Positions 37,152 to 47,621 of a stretch of 64,000 bases of DNA are shown piece after piece. This stretch comes from Bacteroidota bacterium (GTDB taxonomy: Bacteria; Bacteroidota; Bacteroidia; AKYH767-A; 2013-40CM-41-45). The translations under genes and the position numbers were made by a program. Where the stretch lies: positions 411 through 64,410 of the forward strand of contig JAYVZS010000054.1 of assembly GCA_043783155.1 (NCBI GenBank), read 5' to 3'. The stretch's first letter is position 1; the number at the start of each line of letters is the position of its first letter. A model generated the notes under the pieces. That model worked only from the letters and a program-made list of their open reading frames with translations, was not told the DNA's origin and did not search any database.

Positions 37152-39977
37152 ATGGCCGCATTTCTTGAACAGTTAGCAGATGAGTTGTACGATAAACACA
37201 AAGGTGAGTTATCACAATTATGTCTTGTTTTTCCAACCCGACGTGGTGGTTTGTTTTTTAAAAAATACCTGGCTGAGAAAATGAATGCTCCCCATTGGAG
37301 TCCTGTCATTTATTCGATACAGGATTTCATCCGAAGTTTTTCGGAGGATGTTATTCCCGATCAGTTGACACTGATGTTTGAATTGTTTGAAGTTTATAAG
37401 AAATATTTTCCGGCTGAACCGTTTGAAAAATATTATCCATGGGGAGAAATGTTACTGAAAGATTTTGATGAAGCCGATCGTAACCTGACAGATACAAAAC
37501 AATTGTTTGCCTACATCAGGGATGAACGTGAAATAGATTTCACTTTTGAACTGGCGGATGAAGACCTTGAACGGATTCGCTCATTCTGGACCACTTTTTT
37601 TAATAAGGAGCCGGGGAAACTGAAGAATGAATTTCTGGCAAACTGGCAGCATCTTGGAAATATCTATGTGGATTTCAAAAAGCGCCTCACCGAAAAAAAA
37701 CTTGCTTACGAAGGCCTTGCTTATCGCCATGTCGCGGAGAGTCTGAAAGAAAAAAAGATTCAACTTGATTTTGAGAAAATAATTTTTGCCGGGTTTTATG
37801 CGTTGTCGAAGTCAGAAGAAAAAATAATTCAGTATTTCATTGATGAAGCAAAGGCGGATATTTATTGGGATACCGACACTTATTATCTTGATGATCCGAA
37901 ACAGGAAGCGGGTACTTTTCTCAGGAAAAATAAATTGATTCAACCCGGGTTTAAATGGAAGCAAAGAGATTTTGAAATCGGGGAGAAAAATATTGAGATG
38001 ATCGGAGTTCCGCTCCAGGTGGGGCAGGCAAAGGTGACGGGTAATTTGCTGAAGGAGTTGATTACTGAAAAAAATATTCCTGCCGACAAAACCGCAGTTG
38101 TTTTACCGGATGAGAACCTGTTGTTTCCTGTGTTGTATTCGTTACCGCAAAGCATCGAAGCATTTAATGTAACAATGGGGTATCCGCTTTCGGCTACTCC
38201 GTTATTTACGTTGTTTGAGTCGTTGATTCTGCTCCAGAAAAATACCAGGATTAAAAAAGATAAATCGGTGAGTTTTTATCACAAGCATGTCATCAATATT
38301 CTGAATCATACTTCCATTCAGCAAGTAGAAAGCTCGTATATCCGGGGGTGGATGAAATCTTTCAACGAAGAAATGAGATGGATACAGGTTCCGATGGAAA
38401 ATCTCAACAACGATAGAGTTCCGCAGTTGTTCAAAGATATTTTTTATCCGATTCATAAAGCGGAAGAGGTGTTCGGATATTTTAAAACCATCCTTCATCA
38501 CATTCTTGAAAGCATGAAGGAAAAAGAATTCCGCTTTCATGCAATCGAATCGGAATACATCTACCATTTTTATGTTCAGCTTAAACGTTTGGAAGATGTC
38601 GTGATACAATACCCGCTGGAGCTAACAATCGAAACGTTCTGGAATTTATACCGGGAAATTATTTTTTCATCGCGGATTCCTTTTTCCGGCGAGCCCTTGA
38701 AAGGCCTTCAGGTAATGGGTTTTCTTGAAACGCGTTTGCTTGATTTTGAAAATGTATTCATCCTTTCTGTGAATGAAGATACGTTGCCTGCTTCTTCAAA
38801 CCATCCATCATTTATTCCGTTTAACATCCGAAAAGCATTTGAACTTCCTACGTATGAAGACCAGCATGCTGTTTCTTCGTATCACTTTTACCGTTTGCTT
38901 CAGCGGGCGAAAAATATTTACCTGCTTTATAACACGGAAACAAAAAGTATTACGGCAGGGGAGAAGTCACGGTATCTTCTTCAGATCGAACATGAATTGG
39001 TAAAGAAGTATCCGGGCAAAATAACGATGCAATCAAAAATTGCTTTCACGGATTTTGTGAAAACAGAAACCAAACCTATCGTCATAAAAAAAACGGATGA
39101 GGTGATGGACTTGCTTGAAAAATATTTTTTGAAAGGTAATTCCTTCAATGAATTTTCGACACGGCTTTCCGCTTCGGCTCTCATCAGCTACATCAATTGC
39201 CCGCTTCAGTTTTACTTCCGGTACATTGCAAAAATAAAGGAACAGGAAGAGACGGAGGAAAATATTGAAGCCGCGACGTTCGGAAAAATTCTTCACCGGG
39301 CGATGCAGCTTTTGTACGGTGAGCAAACGAATCTGACGGAAACTGTTTTTGATGAACTGGCAAAAAAAATCAAAACGGTTGTGGATCTTTCCATCAAAGA
39401 AGAATTCCGCGGGCATGATTTACTCGAAGGAAAAAACATCCTCATGCGGAATGTGATTGTTGAGCTCATCCGAAAAATATTTAAGGTTGATAAAGCGGAT
39501 GCTCCCGTCATCATTCATTCGCTTGAGATGAAATGTTTTCAGCCGATTCAGATTTCGGCGGATCATGCCGTTCTTCTTCACGGAATTATTGATCGTGTTG
39601 ATGAAGTAAATGGCTGCACCCGTATCGTTGATTATAAAACCGGTAAGGTGGATACAAGCAACCCGGATGGCTTTGATGAAATATTCAGTGATCCGAAATT
39701 CAAGGAACATTTTCAGACTTTTTTCTATTCTTATTTGTACTGGAAACAGGCGCCTGCAAGACCTGTGAAAGCAGGGCTTCTCGCTGTCAAGGATTTGTCG
39801 GATGGAATCCGTTTTATCAACCGCGGAGAGGTAATTTCTTCAGAGCAATTCAACGATTTTGAGTTCCGCCTACTTGGGTTGATTGGAGAAATTACCGATT
39901 CAACTAAAACATTTTATCAGACCGAAGATGAAAAACGGTGTCAATATTGTCCATACAAAGAAATTTGTCACCGTTAA
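37152..39977 (+). CDS. PD-(D/E)XK nuclease family protein (AddB-like partner of the UvrD-family helicase)
   Basis: The ~940 aa size and the C-terminal RecB-type nuclease segment (GIIDRVDEV...IVDYKTGK) plus Cys cluster CQYCPYKEIC fit the family. The degenerate N-terminal helicase-like region is typical of Bacteroidota AddB-like proteins. Confidence 0.65.
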   Translation: MAAFLEQLADELYDKHKGELSQLCLVFPTRRGGLFFKKYLAEKMNAPHWSPVIYSIQDFIRSFSEDVIPDQLTLMFELFEVYKKYFPAEPFEKYYPWGEMLLKDFDEADRNLTDTKQLFAYIRDEREIDFTFELADEDLERIRSFWTTFFNKEPGKLKNEFLANWQHLGNIYVDFKKRLTEKKLAYEGLAYRHVAESLKEKKIQLDFEKIIFAGFYALSKSEEKIIQYFIDEAKADIYWDTDTYYLDDPKQEAGTFLRKNKLIQPGFKWKQRDFEIGEKNIEMIGVPLQVGQAKVTGNLLKELITEKNIPADKTAVVLPDENLLFPVLYSLPQSIEAFNVTMGYPLSATPLFTLFESLILLQKNTRIKKDKSVSFYHKHVINILNHTSIQQVESSYIRGWMKSFNEEMRWIQVPMENLNNDRVPQLFKDIFYPIHKAEEVFGYFKTILHHILESMKEKEFRFHAIESEYIYHFYVQLKRLEDVVIQYPLELTIETFWNLYREIIFSSRIPFSGEPLKGLQVMGFLETRLLDFENVFILSVNEDTLPASSNHPSFIPFNIRKAFELPTYEDQHAVSSYHFYRLLQRAKNIYLLYNTETKSITAGEKSRYLLQIEHELVKKYPGKITMQSKIAFTDFVKTETKPIVIKKTDEVMDLLEKYFLKGNSFNEFSTRLSASALISYINCPLQFYFRYIAKIKEQEETEENIEAATFGKILHRAMQLLYGEQTNLTETVFDELAKKIKTVVDLSIKEEFRGHDLLEGKNILMRNVIVELIRKIFKVDKADAPVIIHSLEMKCFQPIQISADHAVLLHGIIDRVDEVNGCTRIVDYKTGKVDTSNPDGFDEIFSDPKFKEHFQTFFYSYLYWKQAPARPVKAGLLAVKDLSDGIRFINRGEVISSEQFNDFEFRLLGLIGEITDSTKTFYQTEDEKRCQYCPYKEICHR

Positions 39978-40031
39978 AATCCGGACACTCGTAATTTTCC
40001 TTTCCTTTGCAAAGAAAAGAAATCAACATCT

Positions 40032-40952
40032 ATGAAACCCATTGCTATTGCGATCCATGGAGGAGCCGGAACGATTTTAAAATCACTGATGACTTCCGAA
40101 AAGGAAGCGCATTATCTGAATGCTCTCGAAACGGCTGTAGATGCGGGATATGAGATTTTACTCGGCGGCGGAAGTTCGCTTGATGCAGTAGAGGCAGCAG
40201 TGATGGAACTCGAAGACTCTCACTTTTTTAATGCGGGCAAAGGTTCCGTGTTTACAAACGAAGGCAAACATGAAATGGATGCGTCTATCATGGAAGGGAA
40301 ACACCTGAAGGCAGGTGCTGTTGCAGGCATCAGGAATGTCAAAAATCCTATTCAGCTTTCCCGTAATGTATTGGAACATTCTGAACATGTTTTTCTTTGC
40401 TTTGACGGAGCAGAATCGTTCGCGAGAAAGATGCACCTTGAATTTGAAGATGACGATTATTTTTTCGACCAGTCAAGATATGATCAATGGATTGAAATCA
40501 GGGATTCGGAAAAAACTCAACTCGATCATGCGGATAAAAAATTTGGTACTGTCGGAGCTGTAGCGTTAGACTCGGCTGGAAATCTTGCCGCGGCAACTTC
40601 CACCGGTGGAATGACGAACAAACGATTCGGCAGAGTGGGAGATACGCCGTTGATTGGCTCCGGTACTTATGCAAACAATCAAACATGTGCGATCTCCTGC
40701 ACCGGTCATGGAGAATTTTTTATTCGCGGAGTGGTTGCTTATGATGTTTCATGTTTGATGGAGTATAAAGGTTTTTCATTGAAGGAGGCTTGCAATTTTG
40801 TGGTGAATGATAAGCTGAAAAAAATTGGCGGGGAAGGTGGATTAATCGGGTTGGATGCACACGGTAACATGGAACTGGTTTTTAATTCAGAAGGAATGTA
40901 CAGGGCTTTCGCTGATGCAAACGGCAACAGGAAATGTGAAATCTACCGTTAA
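40032..40952 (+). CDS. iaaA: isoaspartyl peptidase / L-asparaginase (Ntn-hydrolase, plant-type asparaginase)
   Basis: IAIAIHGGAGT, the autoproteolytic nucleophile context GTVGAVALD and the GGxxxKxxGRVGD-like segment are present. Confidence 0.8.
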   Translation: MKPIAIAIHGGAGTILKSLMTSEKEAHYLNALETAVDAGYEILLGGGSSLDAVEAAVMELEDSHFFNAGKGSVFTNEGKHEMDASIMEGKHLKAGAVAGIRNVKNPIQLSRNVLEHSEHVFLCFDGAESFARKMHLEFEDDDYFFDQSRYDQWIEIRDSEKTQLDHADKKFGTVGAVALDSAGNLAAATSTGGMTNKRFGRVGDTPLIGSGTYANNQTCAISCTGHGEFFIRGVVAYDVSCLMEYKGFSLKEACNFVVNDKLKKIGGEGGLIGLDAHGNMELVFNSEGMYRAFADANGNRKCEIYR

Positions 40953-41039
40953 CCTGCCTGCGGGGTTTCTTTTAACAATTCAAATTCTTTTTTTCTATCC
41001 ATTTTTTTATATATTTGATGTGAGAAACATCTTTCACAG

Positions 41040-44000
41040 ATGTATAGATCAAAAAAGTCAACCACTTTTGTCATCTGTTTTTTTTGCCTGATGACTTTGA
41101 AATTGTCTGCAACTCATATTGTAGGTGGTGAATTGAATTACCAGTATTTAGGAAATTATAATTATAGAATCCGGCTTGTCGTGTATCGCGATTGCTTCAA
41201 CGGACAGGCTCCGTTTGATGATCCCGCTTCCATCGGAGTTTTTAATTCATCCAATGCGCTAACCCGGCAGGTGTTTATAAGCCCGACAACTCAGGGAAAT
41301 GTTCCTAACTACATCAATTCACCTTGTCTTGTTCCGCCAACCAATGTGTGTTATGAATATGCTGAATACGATACGGTCGTTTATCTTCCGCCAATCCCCG
41401 GTGGATACCAACTCGCGTATCAGCGATGCTGTCGTAATAGTTCCATCAACAACGTTGCAAATCTGCCGGTTGTCGGCGCTACTTATTATGCAACCATTCC
41501 TGATACTTCTATTGTTGCTGTCAACAGCAACCCACAGTTTACCCATTTGCCTCCTACTTTTATTTGTCAGGGAGCTTCCTTTCATTTCGATCATTCTGCA
41601 ATTGATCCGGATGGTGATGCATTGGTATATGAATTATATACGCCACTTGACGGCGCGGATAATATTATCCCGATGCCACAACCACCTAACCCGCCGCCTT
41701 ACAGCCATATTCAATTTCAATCGCCATATACGTTATCAAATGTGTTAGGCGGTGCACCTATGACCATTGATCCGGCAACGGGAATGCTGACGGCGACTCC
41801 TGGTTTTCTTGGGCAATTTGTATACGGTGTGAGTGTTAAAGAATACCGAAACGGAGTGTTGATCGGCAGAACAATTCGGGATTACCAGGTAAATGTAGTG
41901 CCCTGTCCGAACATCACCGTTGCTTCCATTTTTTCTCCGACCATTGTTTGCGGATCTCTTGAAGCGAATTTTGTGAATAATAGTTACAACGCCATCACCT
42001 ACAACTGGGACTTTGGTGATCCTTCGAATCCGAATGATACTTCTACAGCAATAAATCCTGCTTATGTATATCCTGATACAGGAATATATCATGCGACTCT
42101 CATCGCGCATTCGCCAATCAATCCGCTGTGTACAGATACTGCTACAGGCGAAATCCGTGTGTTTCCTTCTTTCTATTCCAACTTCACGATTTCGAATCAG
42201 CATTGTTCTAACCAGTTCAATTTTTATGATGCTTCTTTCGGACATCATGCTCCCGCTAACTACTGGTCGTGGAATTTTGGAGACGGAACTTTTGCTTCTG
42301 TTCAAAACGGAAACCATTCATATCCGACTCCCGGTGCATACGAGGTGAGATTTATTTCCTCCGCCGATTCAGGTTGTACCGACACGTCAACCACATTGAT
42401 TCATGTACTCGCTATTCCGGTTGCGATGTTTGCTGCTGTTGTTGATACCTGTCATTTGAAGGTAACATGCACAAATCAATCTCTGTTTGCAAGCACATAT
42501 ACCTGGGATTTCGATGATGGTTTTTCCGCGACTTCCGGTAATGTTTCGCATGCCTACTCGTCTTCGGGTTTTTTTGATATTCTATTGATGTCGGTTTCAG
42601 ACTCAGGATGTTCGGATACCACGCATCTCCGTATATTATTGCCTCCGTTACCTGTTGCATCCTATACTGCTCAGCACGCGTTATGTGATTCATCGGTTTC
42701 ATTTAATGATCAATCATCGAATTCAATTTTAAACGAATGGGATTTCGGAGATGGAACTTTTAGCAGTGGCATCAACATTACGCATGTATATAGTTCCCCT
42801 GGAACTTACTCAGCGAATCTTGTTATACATTCAGCTTCATGCAGCGATACATTGGCTCATCTTATTATTATTAACCCCGTGCCGGAGGCCTTGTTCCATC
42901 GTCCATTCATCTGCGGCTTGTCAGGAGATTTTTTAAATCAAAGCAGACAGGCCGATTATTATAAATGGGATTTCGGTGATCATACTTTTTCCCAGGATCA
43001 GGATCCGTTGCATACTTATAATAGTCCGGGGTATTATAATGTAGAGCTCACCGCGTTAACGAATATCGGGTGTGCGGATTCGGTGATGGAACGCGTTCAT
43101 GTTTACCCTGCAGTGACTTCTTTGTTTACTCCGAATGTGATCCCATGCGATCCGCAGGTTAAGTTCAGGAACAATTCAATTAACGGGCAATTTTACAAAT
43201 GGGATTTTGGAGATAGTGCCACGACAGTTACTGCAGCAGCAAATGTTTCTCACCGATATCGCCATGCCGGTGATTATATCGCTTCATTGATCTCGAATCC
43301 GGGAGTATGCGCTGATACCAGTTATCAGAATTTCAGAGTTTCCGTTTCACCGGTATCGTCATTTACTCATCCTGATGAATGCAGTTTGACTCTTCATTTT
43401 GAAAATACAAGTAACGATCTGCGTTATAGCCATTGGAATTTTGGTGATGATGTGATCAGTAGTCTTGTGAATCCTGTTCATACATTTCCATTGGACTCAA
43501 CGTATCTCGTTACACTTATTTCTGAAAATGATGATGGATGCACCGATACTTCTTCATCGAGCGTAAAAGCGAGATTGCCGGCAATTGCTGGGTTCTCTGA
43601 TTTTACGGATACCTGTGAGCAAACGGTAAAACTTTTCAACCATTCGCAGCGTGCTGCAGATTATTTATGGGATTTCGGTGACGGCATATACTCGGATAAT
43701 TTAAGTACGATGCATCAGTATTACAGTTCCGGTTTTTATGATGTGATGCTGATTGCAGAGCCGCTCTCTGCCTGTGCCGACACGATGAGTAAAACTGTTT
43801 TTGCGTATGGCACCAATGAATCTTTCCTGTTTATTCCGCAGGCGTTTACTCCCAATGGCGACGGAAAGAATGATGAGTTTGTTATTTCAGGTTACAACAA
43901 ATGTTTGTTTTATCACCTTGAAATATTTAATCGCTGGGGAGAACTGGTTTATGAGTCGAACGATATTTCTAAGCACTGGAATGGATTTTACAAAGGCAAA

Positions 44001-44081
44001 CTAATAGAAGAGGGCGTATATATTTACCTGCTATCCGGCGGAGGAAATGAATTGAAAGGTTCTGTTACTGTCTTAAAATAG
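41040..44081 (+). CDS. T9SS type B sorting domain protein with N-terminal domain and ~8 PKD repeats
   Basis: C-terminal FIPQAFTPNGDGKNDEF...FNRWGELVYES...WNGFYKGKLIEEGVYIYLL matches the type B CTD. There are many WDFGDG / WNFGDG PKD cores and a signal peptide. Confidence 0.8.
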   Translation: MYRSKKSTTFVICFFCLMTLKLSATHIVGGELNYQYLGNYNYRIRLVVYRDCFNGQAPFDDPASIGVFNSSNALTRQVFISPTTQGNVPNYINSPCLVPPTNVCYEYAEYDTVVYLPPIPGGYQLAYQRCCRNSSINNVANLPVVGATYYATIPDTSIVAVNSNPQFTHLPPTFICQGASFHFDHSAIDPDGDALVYELYTPLDGADNIIPMPQPPNPPPYSHIQFQSPYTLSNVLGGAPMTIDPATGMLTATPGFLGQFVYGVSVKEYRNGVLIGRTIRDYQVNVVPCPNITVASIFSPTIVCGSLEANFVNNSYNAITYNWDFGDPSNPNDTSTAINPAYVYPDTGIYHATLIAHSPINPLCTDTATGEIRVFPSFYSNFTISNQHCSNQFNFYDASFGHHAPANYWSWNFGDGTFASVQNGNHSYPTPGAYEVRFISSADSGCTDTSTTLIHVLAIPVAMFAAVVDTCHLKVTCTNQSLFASTYTWDFDDGFSATSGNVSHAYSSSGFFDILLMSVSDSGCSDTTHLRILLPPLPVASYTAQHALCDSSVSFNDQSSNSILNEWDFGDGTFSSGINITHVYSSPGTYSANLVIHSASCSDTLAHLIIINPVPEALFHRPFICGLSGDFLNQSRQADYYKWDFGDHTFSQDQDPLHTYNSPGYYNVELTALTNIGCADSVMERVHVYPAVTSLFTPNVIPCDPQVKFRNNSINGQFYKWDFGDSATTVTAAANVSHRYRHAGDYIASLISNPGVCADTSYQNFRVSVSPVSSFTHPDECSLTLHFENTSNDLRYSHWNFGDDVISSLVNPVHTFPLDSTYLVTLISENDDGCTDTSSSSVKARLPAIAGFSDFTDTCEQTVKLFNHSQRAADYLWDFGDGIYSDNLSTMHQYYSSGFYDVMLIAEPLSACADTMSKTVFAYGTNESFLFIPQAFTPNGDGKNDEFVISGYNKCLFYHLEIFNRWGELVYESNDISKHWNGFYKGKLIEEGVYIYLLSGGGNELKGSVTVLK

Positions 44082-44113
44082 GCAGACATAATAGGCTGAC
44101 TTTTCAGTTCATT

Positions 44114-44884
44114 TTATTCTACTTTTTTCAAAAGCTCTTCGCATTTTTTCTGAGTTTCTTTGTCATCATTATCCCTGACCGGAAGATCGATTGCTTTCTT
44201 TACCCAGATTTTAGAATAGATATCATCCTTGTCCTTGCCTCGTTCGTGGTAGGTAAGCGCTAGTTCATAGTAATGCAACTTGTACCCCGGTTCGATGCTG
44301 ATTGCTTTTGAAAAACATTCAATAGCAGCGTCATACGAACCTCCTTCCGGAACGCCGCCAAACATGGTATTGATCATGGCCTTTTCAATGAGGTTAAAAC
44401 CAGCAATGGTTTGGTGCCATCGTCCGAGAATGTGATAGGCACCGGCCATTTTAGGATCGAGCTTGATGGCCTGGTCACATTCTGTTTTGATCACTTTAGC
44501 ATTGGCGATTTTTTGTTTCGTGCCCGCAAACTCATTGATCCTTCCAAGCGCAAGCGCATAATTGTAATGTGCCGGTGCATTGTTGTTGTTGATGGTAATT
44601 GCTTTCTTCGACAAATACGCGGCATTGCGGAAATAACGTTGTCGGTTCTTTTCCTCCTTTTCGCGGTTACCGATTTTACAGAGCAGAAAAGCCGTGTTCA
44701 CGAGGTAATTTGTATTGTTAGAATCATTTTTAAGAAGTTGCTGAAACAATGGAAGTGCTTCCTCAAATTTTAAATCATTTTTTAACCGGAGTGCTTTCTG
44801 AAATTGCTCTTCGCTCGACTGGCCGAACAAAAAAACCGGGTAAAAAAGAAGGAGTAAAAATGGAAATTTGTATGTCATTTTCAT
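44114..44884 (-). CDS. tetratricopeptide-repeat protein with signal peptide
   Basis: Signal peptide FPFLLLLFYPVFLFGQ. TPR-like AxxYxxLGxxY periodicity runs through the protein. Confidence 0.55.
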   Translation of the reverse strand: MKMTYKFPFLLLLFYPVFLFGQSSEEQFQKALRLKNDLKFEEALPLFQQLLKNDSNNTNYLVNTAFLLCKIGNREKEEKNRQRYFRNAAYLSKKAITINNNNAPAHYNYALALGRINEFAGTKQKIANAKVIKTECDQAIKLDPKMAGAYHILGRWHQTIAGFNLIEKAMINTMFGGVPEGGSYDAAIECFSKAISIEPGYKLHYYELALTYHERGKDKDDIYSKIWVKKAIDLPVRDNDDKETQKKCEELLKKVE

Positions 44885-45072
44885 TCTGCAAATCTACCTA
44901 AAAACCGCTACCTGAAATAATTCAATTCTTATTGTGTGATTGAATAGATCATAATAAAAAAAAGCCCGAAAAGCTGTTTTCAGCAGTGATAAAATAAGAG
45001 TTATGGAAAAGTGAAATTGGTAAACGGATATTAATTTTCTTCTTTACCTTGCAAGCCAAATCAGTCCATTTT

Positions 45073-46359
45073 ATGATCAAGGAGATTTTTCAGAATAAGA
45101 AAAAATCAATCATCTTTTTTTTTCTAACAGGCATTCTGGTCAGAATAGTATATTACCTGGTAACATATAGCGACAGCTACATTCTGATGCCCGATTCGCA
45201 CAGCTATGATAAAATATCCATCGCGTTATTAAGCGGAGATTTTAATTTTGATCGTGACAACTTTATTGCCGCTCCGTTATTGCCTTTCCTGCTTTTTGTG
45301 CTGAAATCAATTTTTGCTTCCAATTGGATACATGCATTGATTATTCTCCAGATAATTGTTTCTTCCGCAACAGTGTATTATGTATGGCAGTTGAGTGAAC
45401 TACTTTTTAGCAACAGACGAATTTCTCTGATTGTCTCCGCGTTTTATACGTTATATCCTCCGCTGTTTTATTTTATTCATTCGATTGCACAGGAAACATT
45501 GTTCCTTTTCTTTTTGAATGCGTTTGCATTTTACTTTGTCCGTTACCTTTACCGAAGCGAGAGGAAAGACAATATCCTCGCGGCACTTTTTTTTACAGCA
45601 ACCTATCTCACCAAATCATTTATCTCTCTTTATGTACCTTTTATGGTGTTGTTGGTGCTTTTACAATGCAGGCAGATTTCCATTCCGAAAAGAATGGTAT
45701 CTCTTGTTCAGTTTTATTTAATCGTACTCGTGCTCGTGATTCCCGTTGGAATTAATAATTACAATCATCACAAGGTTTTTGTAACCTCAAGCAATGGAGG
45801 AGGAGTTGTTTTCTTTGCCGCCAATTGTGAACTGAATTACATTGATCTTACTAACACGCCTTCCGGTGGTACAAAGCCATACGAATATGGAAAGGCACCG
45901 ATTATGACATTTGATTTTTTCCCGAATCCAACGTATGATTCGATCATGGCGCTTCCTGTAAAAGTTAAGCAGGATGCTTTCTGGCATGCTGGTTTTGAGT
46001 GGATAAAAGAAAACCCCGGCAAGTTTTTAAAGATTCGTGTACTGAATTTCGTTCGGCTGATCATTCCAGGAAATTCGTGGAATCGTTATCCGTTCAGGCT
46101 TTGGTTTGCTTCTTTTATTTTCGGGTTACCACTTTTTTTGCTTGGCTACACGGGTCTGTTTCTGGCAATTAAAGAAAACTGGAAAAAGCATCTCTGGATA
46201 CTTGCGTACCTTGCGTCTATCAGCGTTATGCACATTATGTTTATTTTTACAAATCGTTACCGCACCTATACGTTTGATCTCTTTTACGGTATGTATGCGG
46301 CATACGCACTTGATTTTTTGTTGACTAAACTCAGGAAGCGAAGAATAGCTAATTCATGA
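45073..46359 (+). CDS. GT-C fold glycosyltransferase (ArnT/PMT, GT39/GT83-like) membrane protein
   Basis: ~11 TM helices. The N-terminal YxxxxxxxxxPDSxxY-like segment (YILMPDSHSYDK) is typical of ArnT/PMT_2 family members. Confidence 0.5.
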   Translation: MIKEIFQNKKKSIIFFFLTGILVRIVYYLVTYSDSYILMPDSHSYDKISIALLSGDFNFDRDNFIAAPLLPFLLFVLKSIFASNWIHALIILQIIVSSATVYYVWQLSELLFSNRRISLIVSAFYTLYPPLFYFIHSIAQETLFLFFLNAFAFYFVRYLYRSERKDNILAALFFTATYLTKSFISLYVPFMVLLVLLQCRQISIPKRMVSLVQFYLIVLVLVIPVGINNYNHHKVFVTSSNGGGVVFFAANCELNYIDLTNTPSGGTKPYEYGKAPIMTFDFFPNPTYDSIMALPVKVKQDAFWHAGFEWIKENPGKFLKIRVLNFVRLIIPGNSWNRYPFRLWFASFIFGLPLFLLGYTGLFLAIKENWKKHLWILAYLASISVMHIMFIFTNRYRTYTFDLFYGMYAAYALDFLLTKLRKRRIANS

Positions 46360-47621
46360 ACTATTACAGGAAGGTTTTTATTGACAGGTTGGTGGGAGTA
46401 CCGCTTATCTTCCTTACAAATGTAATTGCGCGACTTGCCGGTTTTATCCTTCAACGTAATCACTCGTTGAAAACAACTCCTCGAAAAGTGATCGTTTGTA
46501 AACTGGTTGGTATCGGCAGTATCGTCCAGTCTACCACTCTTCTTGTCAACCTGAAAAAGCAATTTCCGGATTTGAAAATCGCCTATTTCTCAACGGAAGG
46601 AAACCGGGTTCTTCTTGAAAACATTCCGCTTATTGATGAAGTCATTACAATCTCCGACAAGTCTTTGTTTACATTATTTATCAGCTCCTTACAAGCGACA
46701 TGGAAATGCTGGCGCTTTAAGCCGGATATTTTTTTAGACATTGAAGTATATTCTAACCTGACATCTTTCCTATCCTGTCTTTCAATGGCAAGAGACAGGA
46801 TCGGTTTTTACAGAAAGGATCAATCAGAAAGACTTGGCATTTATACCCACATGCTTTATTTTAATATCAAAGCTCCGATCAACCAATCCTATTTGCAGAT
46901 GGGCAGACTGATCGGATGCGTTAACACATCACCTGAATTATATCCCATTCAGCTTGCCGATGATGTAAAAAAAAATGCAGAGGAAAAATTCCGGCAGAAT
47001 TTTCAGATAGAACCATGTCAATACATTCTGATTAATCCGAATGCATCCGATTTGCGTATTGAAAGAAGATGGCCTGCCGAACGTTTTATAGAATTCATCA
47101 ATGTTATTTCTGAGGTGTCTCCGTTGAAATGTGTATTGATCGGTTCGAAGGATGAACGCTCTTATGTTGAGTCCATCATTCAATCGGTGAATCCCTGTCA
47201 TTCAACAAAAGTAATCAGCACAGCCGGAGAGCTTTCAATTCCCGAACTTCTCTGCCTCATTAAAAATGCAACACTCATGGTTACAAATGATACCGGTCCG
47301 ATGCATCTTGCTTTTTCATTAAAAACACGAACACTTTCTCTCTTTGGTCCCTGCAACCCGATACAATATGGAAATTTATCAAATGGAATGGCGATTTACA
47401 AGGAGTTGTATTGCAGTCCTTGTGTACATGAGTTTTTAATTCCTCCATGTTATGGCGACAATCAGTGCATGAAAATGATTTCTGTTAAAGAAGTTACAGA
47501 TGCTGCTGAACGAATGCTGCAAAGCGCAACAGAAACGATCGCACCGCCGGTTATTTTGTATAATAAATCCGGTTCTGATATTCCATTGGGACTCATAACA
47601 AGGAAACGATGGGTGATGTGA
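46356..47621 (+). CDS. glycosyltransferase family 9 (LPS heptosyltransferase-like)
   Basis: C-terminal LMVTNDTGPMHLA..LFGPCNP is the GT9 signature. The size matches and the start overlaps the upstream stop. Confidence 0.65.
   Translation: MNYYRKVFIDRLVGVPLIFLTNVIARLAGFILQRNHSLKTTPRKVIVCKLVGIGSIVQSTTLLVNLKKQFPDLKIAYFSTEGNRVLLENIPLIDEVITISDKSLFTLFISSLQATWKCWRFKPDIFLDIEVYSNLTSFLSCLSMARDRIGFYRKDQSERLGIYTHMLYFNIKAPINQSYLQMGRLIGCVNTSPELYPIQLADDVKKNAEEKFRQNFQIEPCQYILINPNASDLRIERRWPAERFIEFINVISEVSPLKCVLIGSKDERSYVESIIQSVNPCHSTKVISTAGELSIPELLCLIKNATLMVTNDTGPMHLAFSLKTRTLSLFGPCNPIQYGNLSNGMAIYKELYCSPCVHEFLIPPCYGDNQCMKMISVKEVTDAAERMLQSATETIAPPVILYNKSGSDIPLGLITRKRWVM

Noticed and set aside
39978-40031. 10-bp palindrome CTTTGCAAAG between the AddB-like gene and iaaA
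   Set aside because: It is short and lies in AT-rich spacer, so it could arise by chance. It is not followed by a T-tract.
41299-42348. Overlapping plus- and minus-strand ORFs inside the 41040-44081 PKD-repeat gene (41299..41748 +, 41745..42317 -, 42064..42348 +)
   Set aside because: These are alternative-frame artefacts of a long repetitive CDS. The host frame has clear PKD and T9SS homology throughout.
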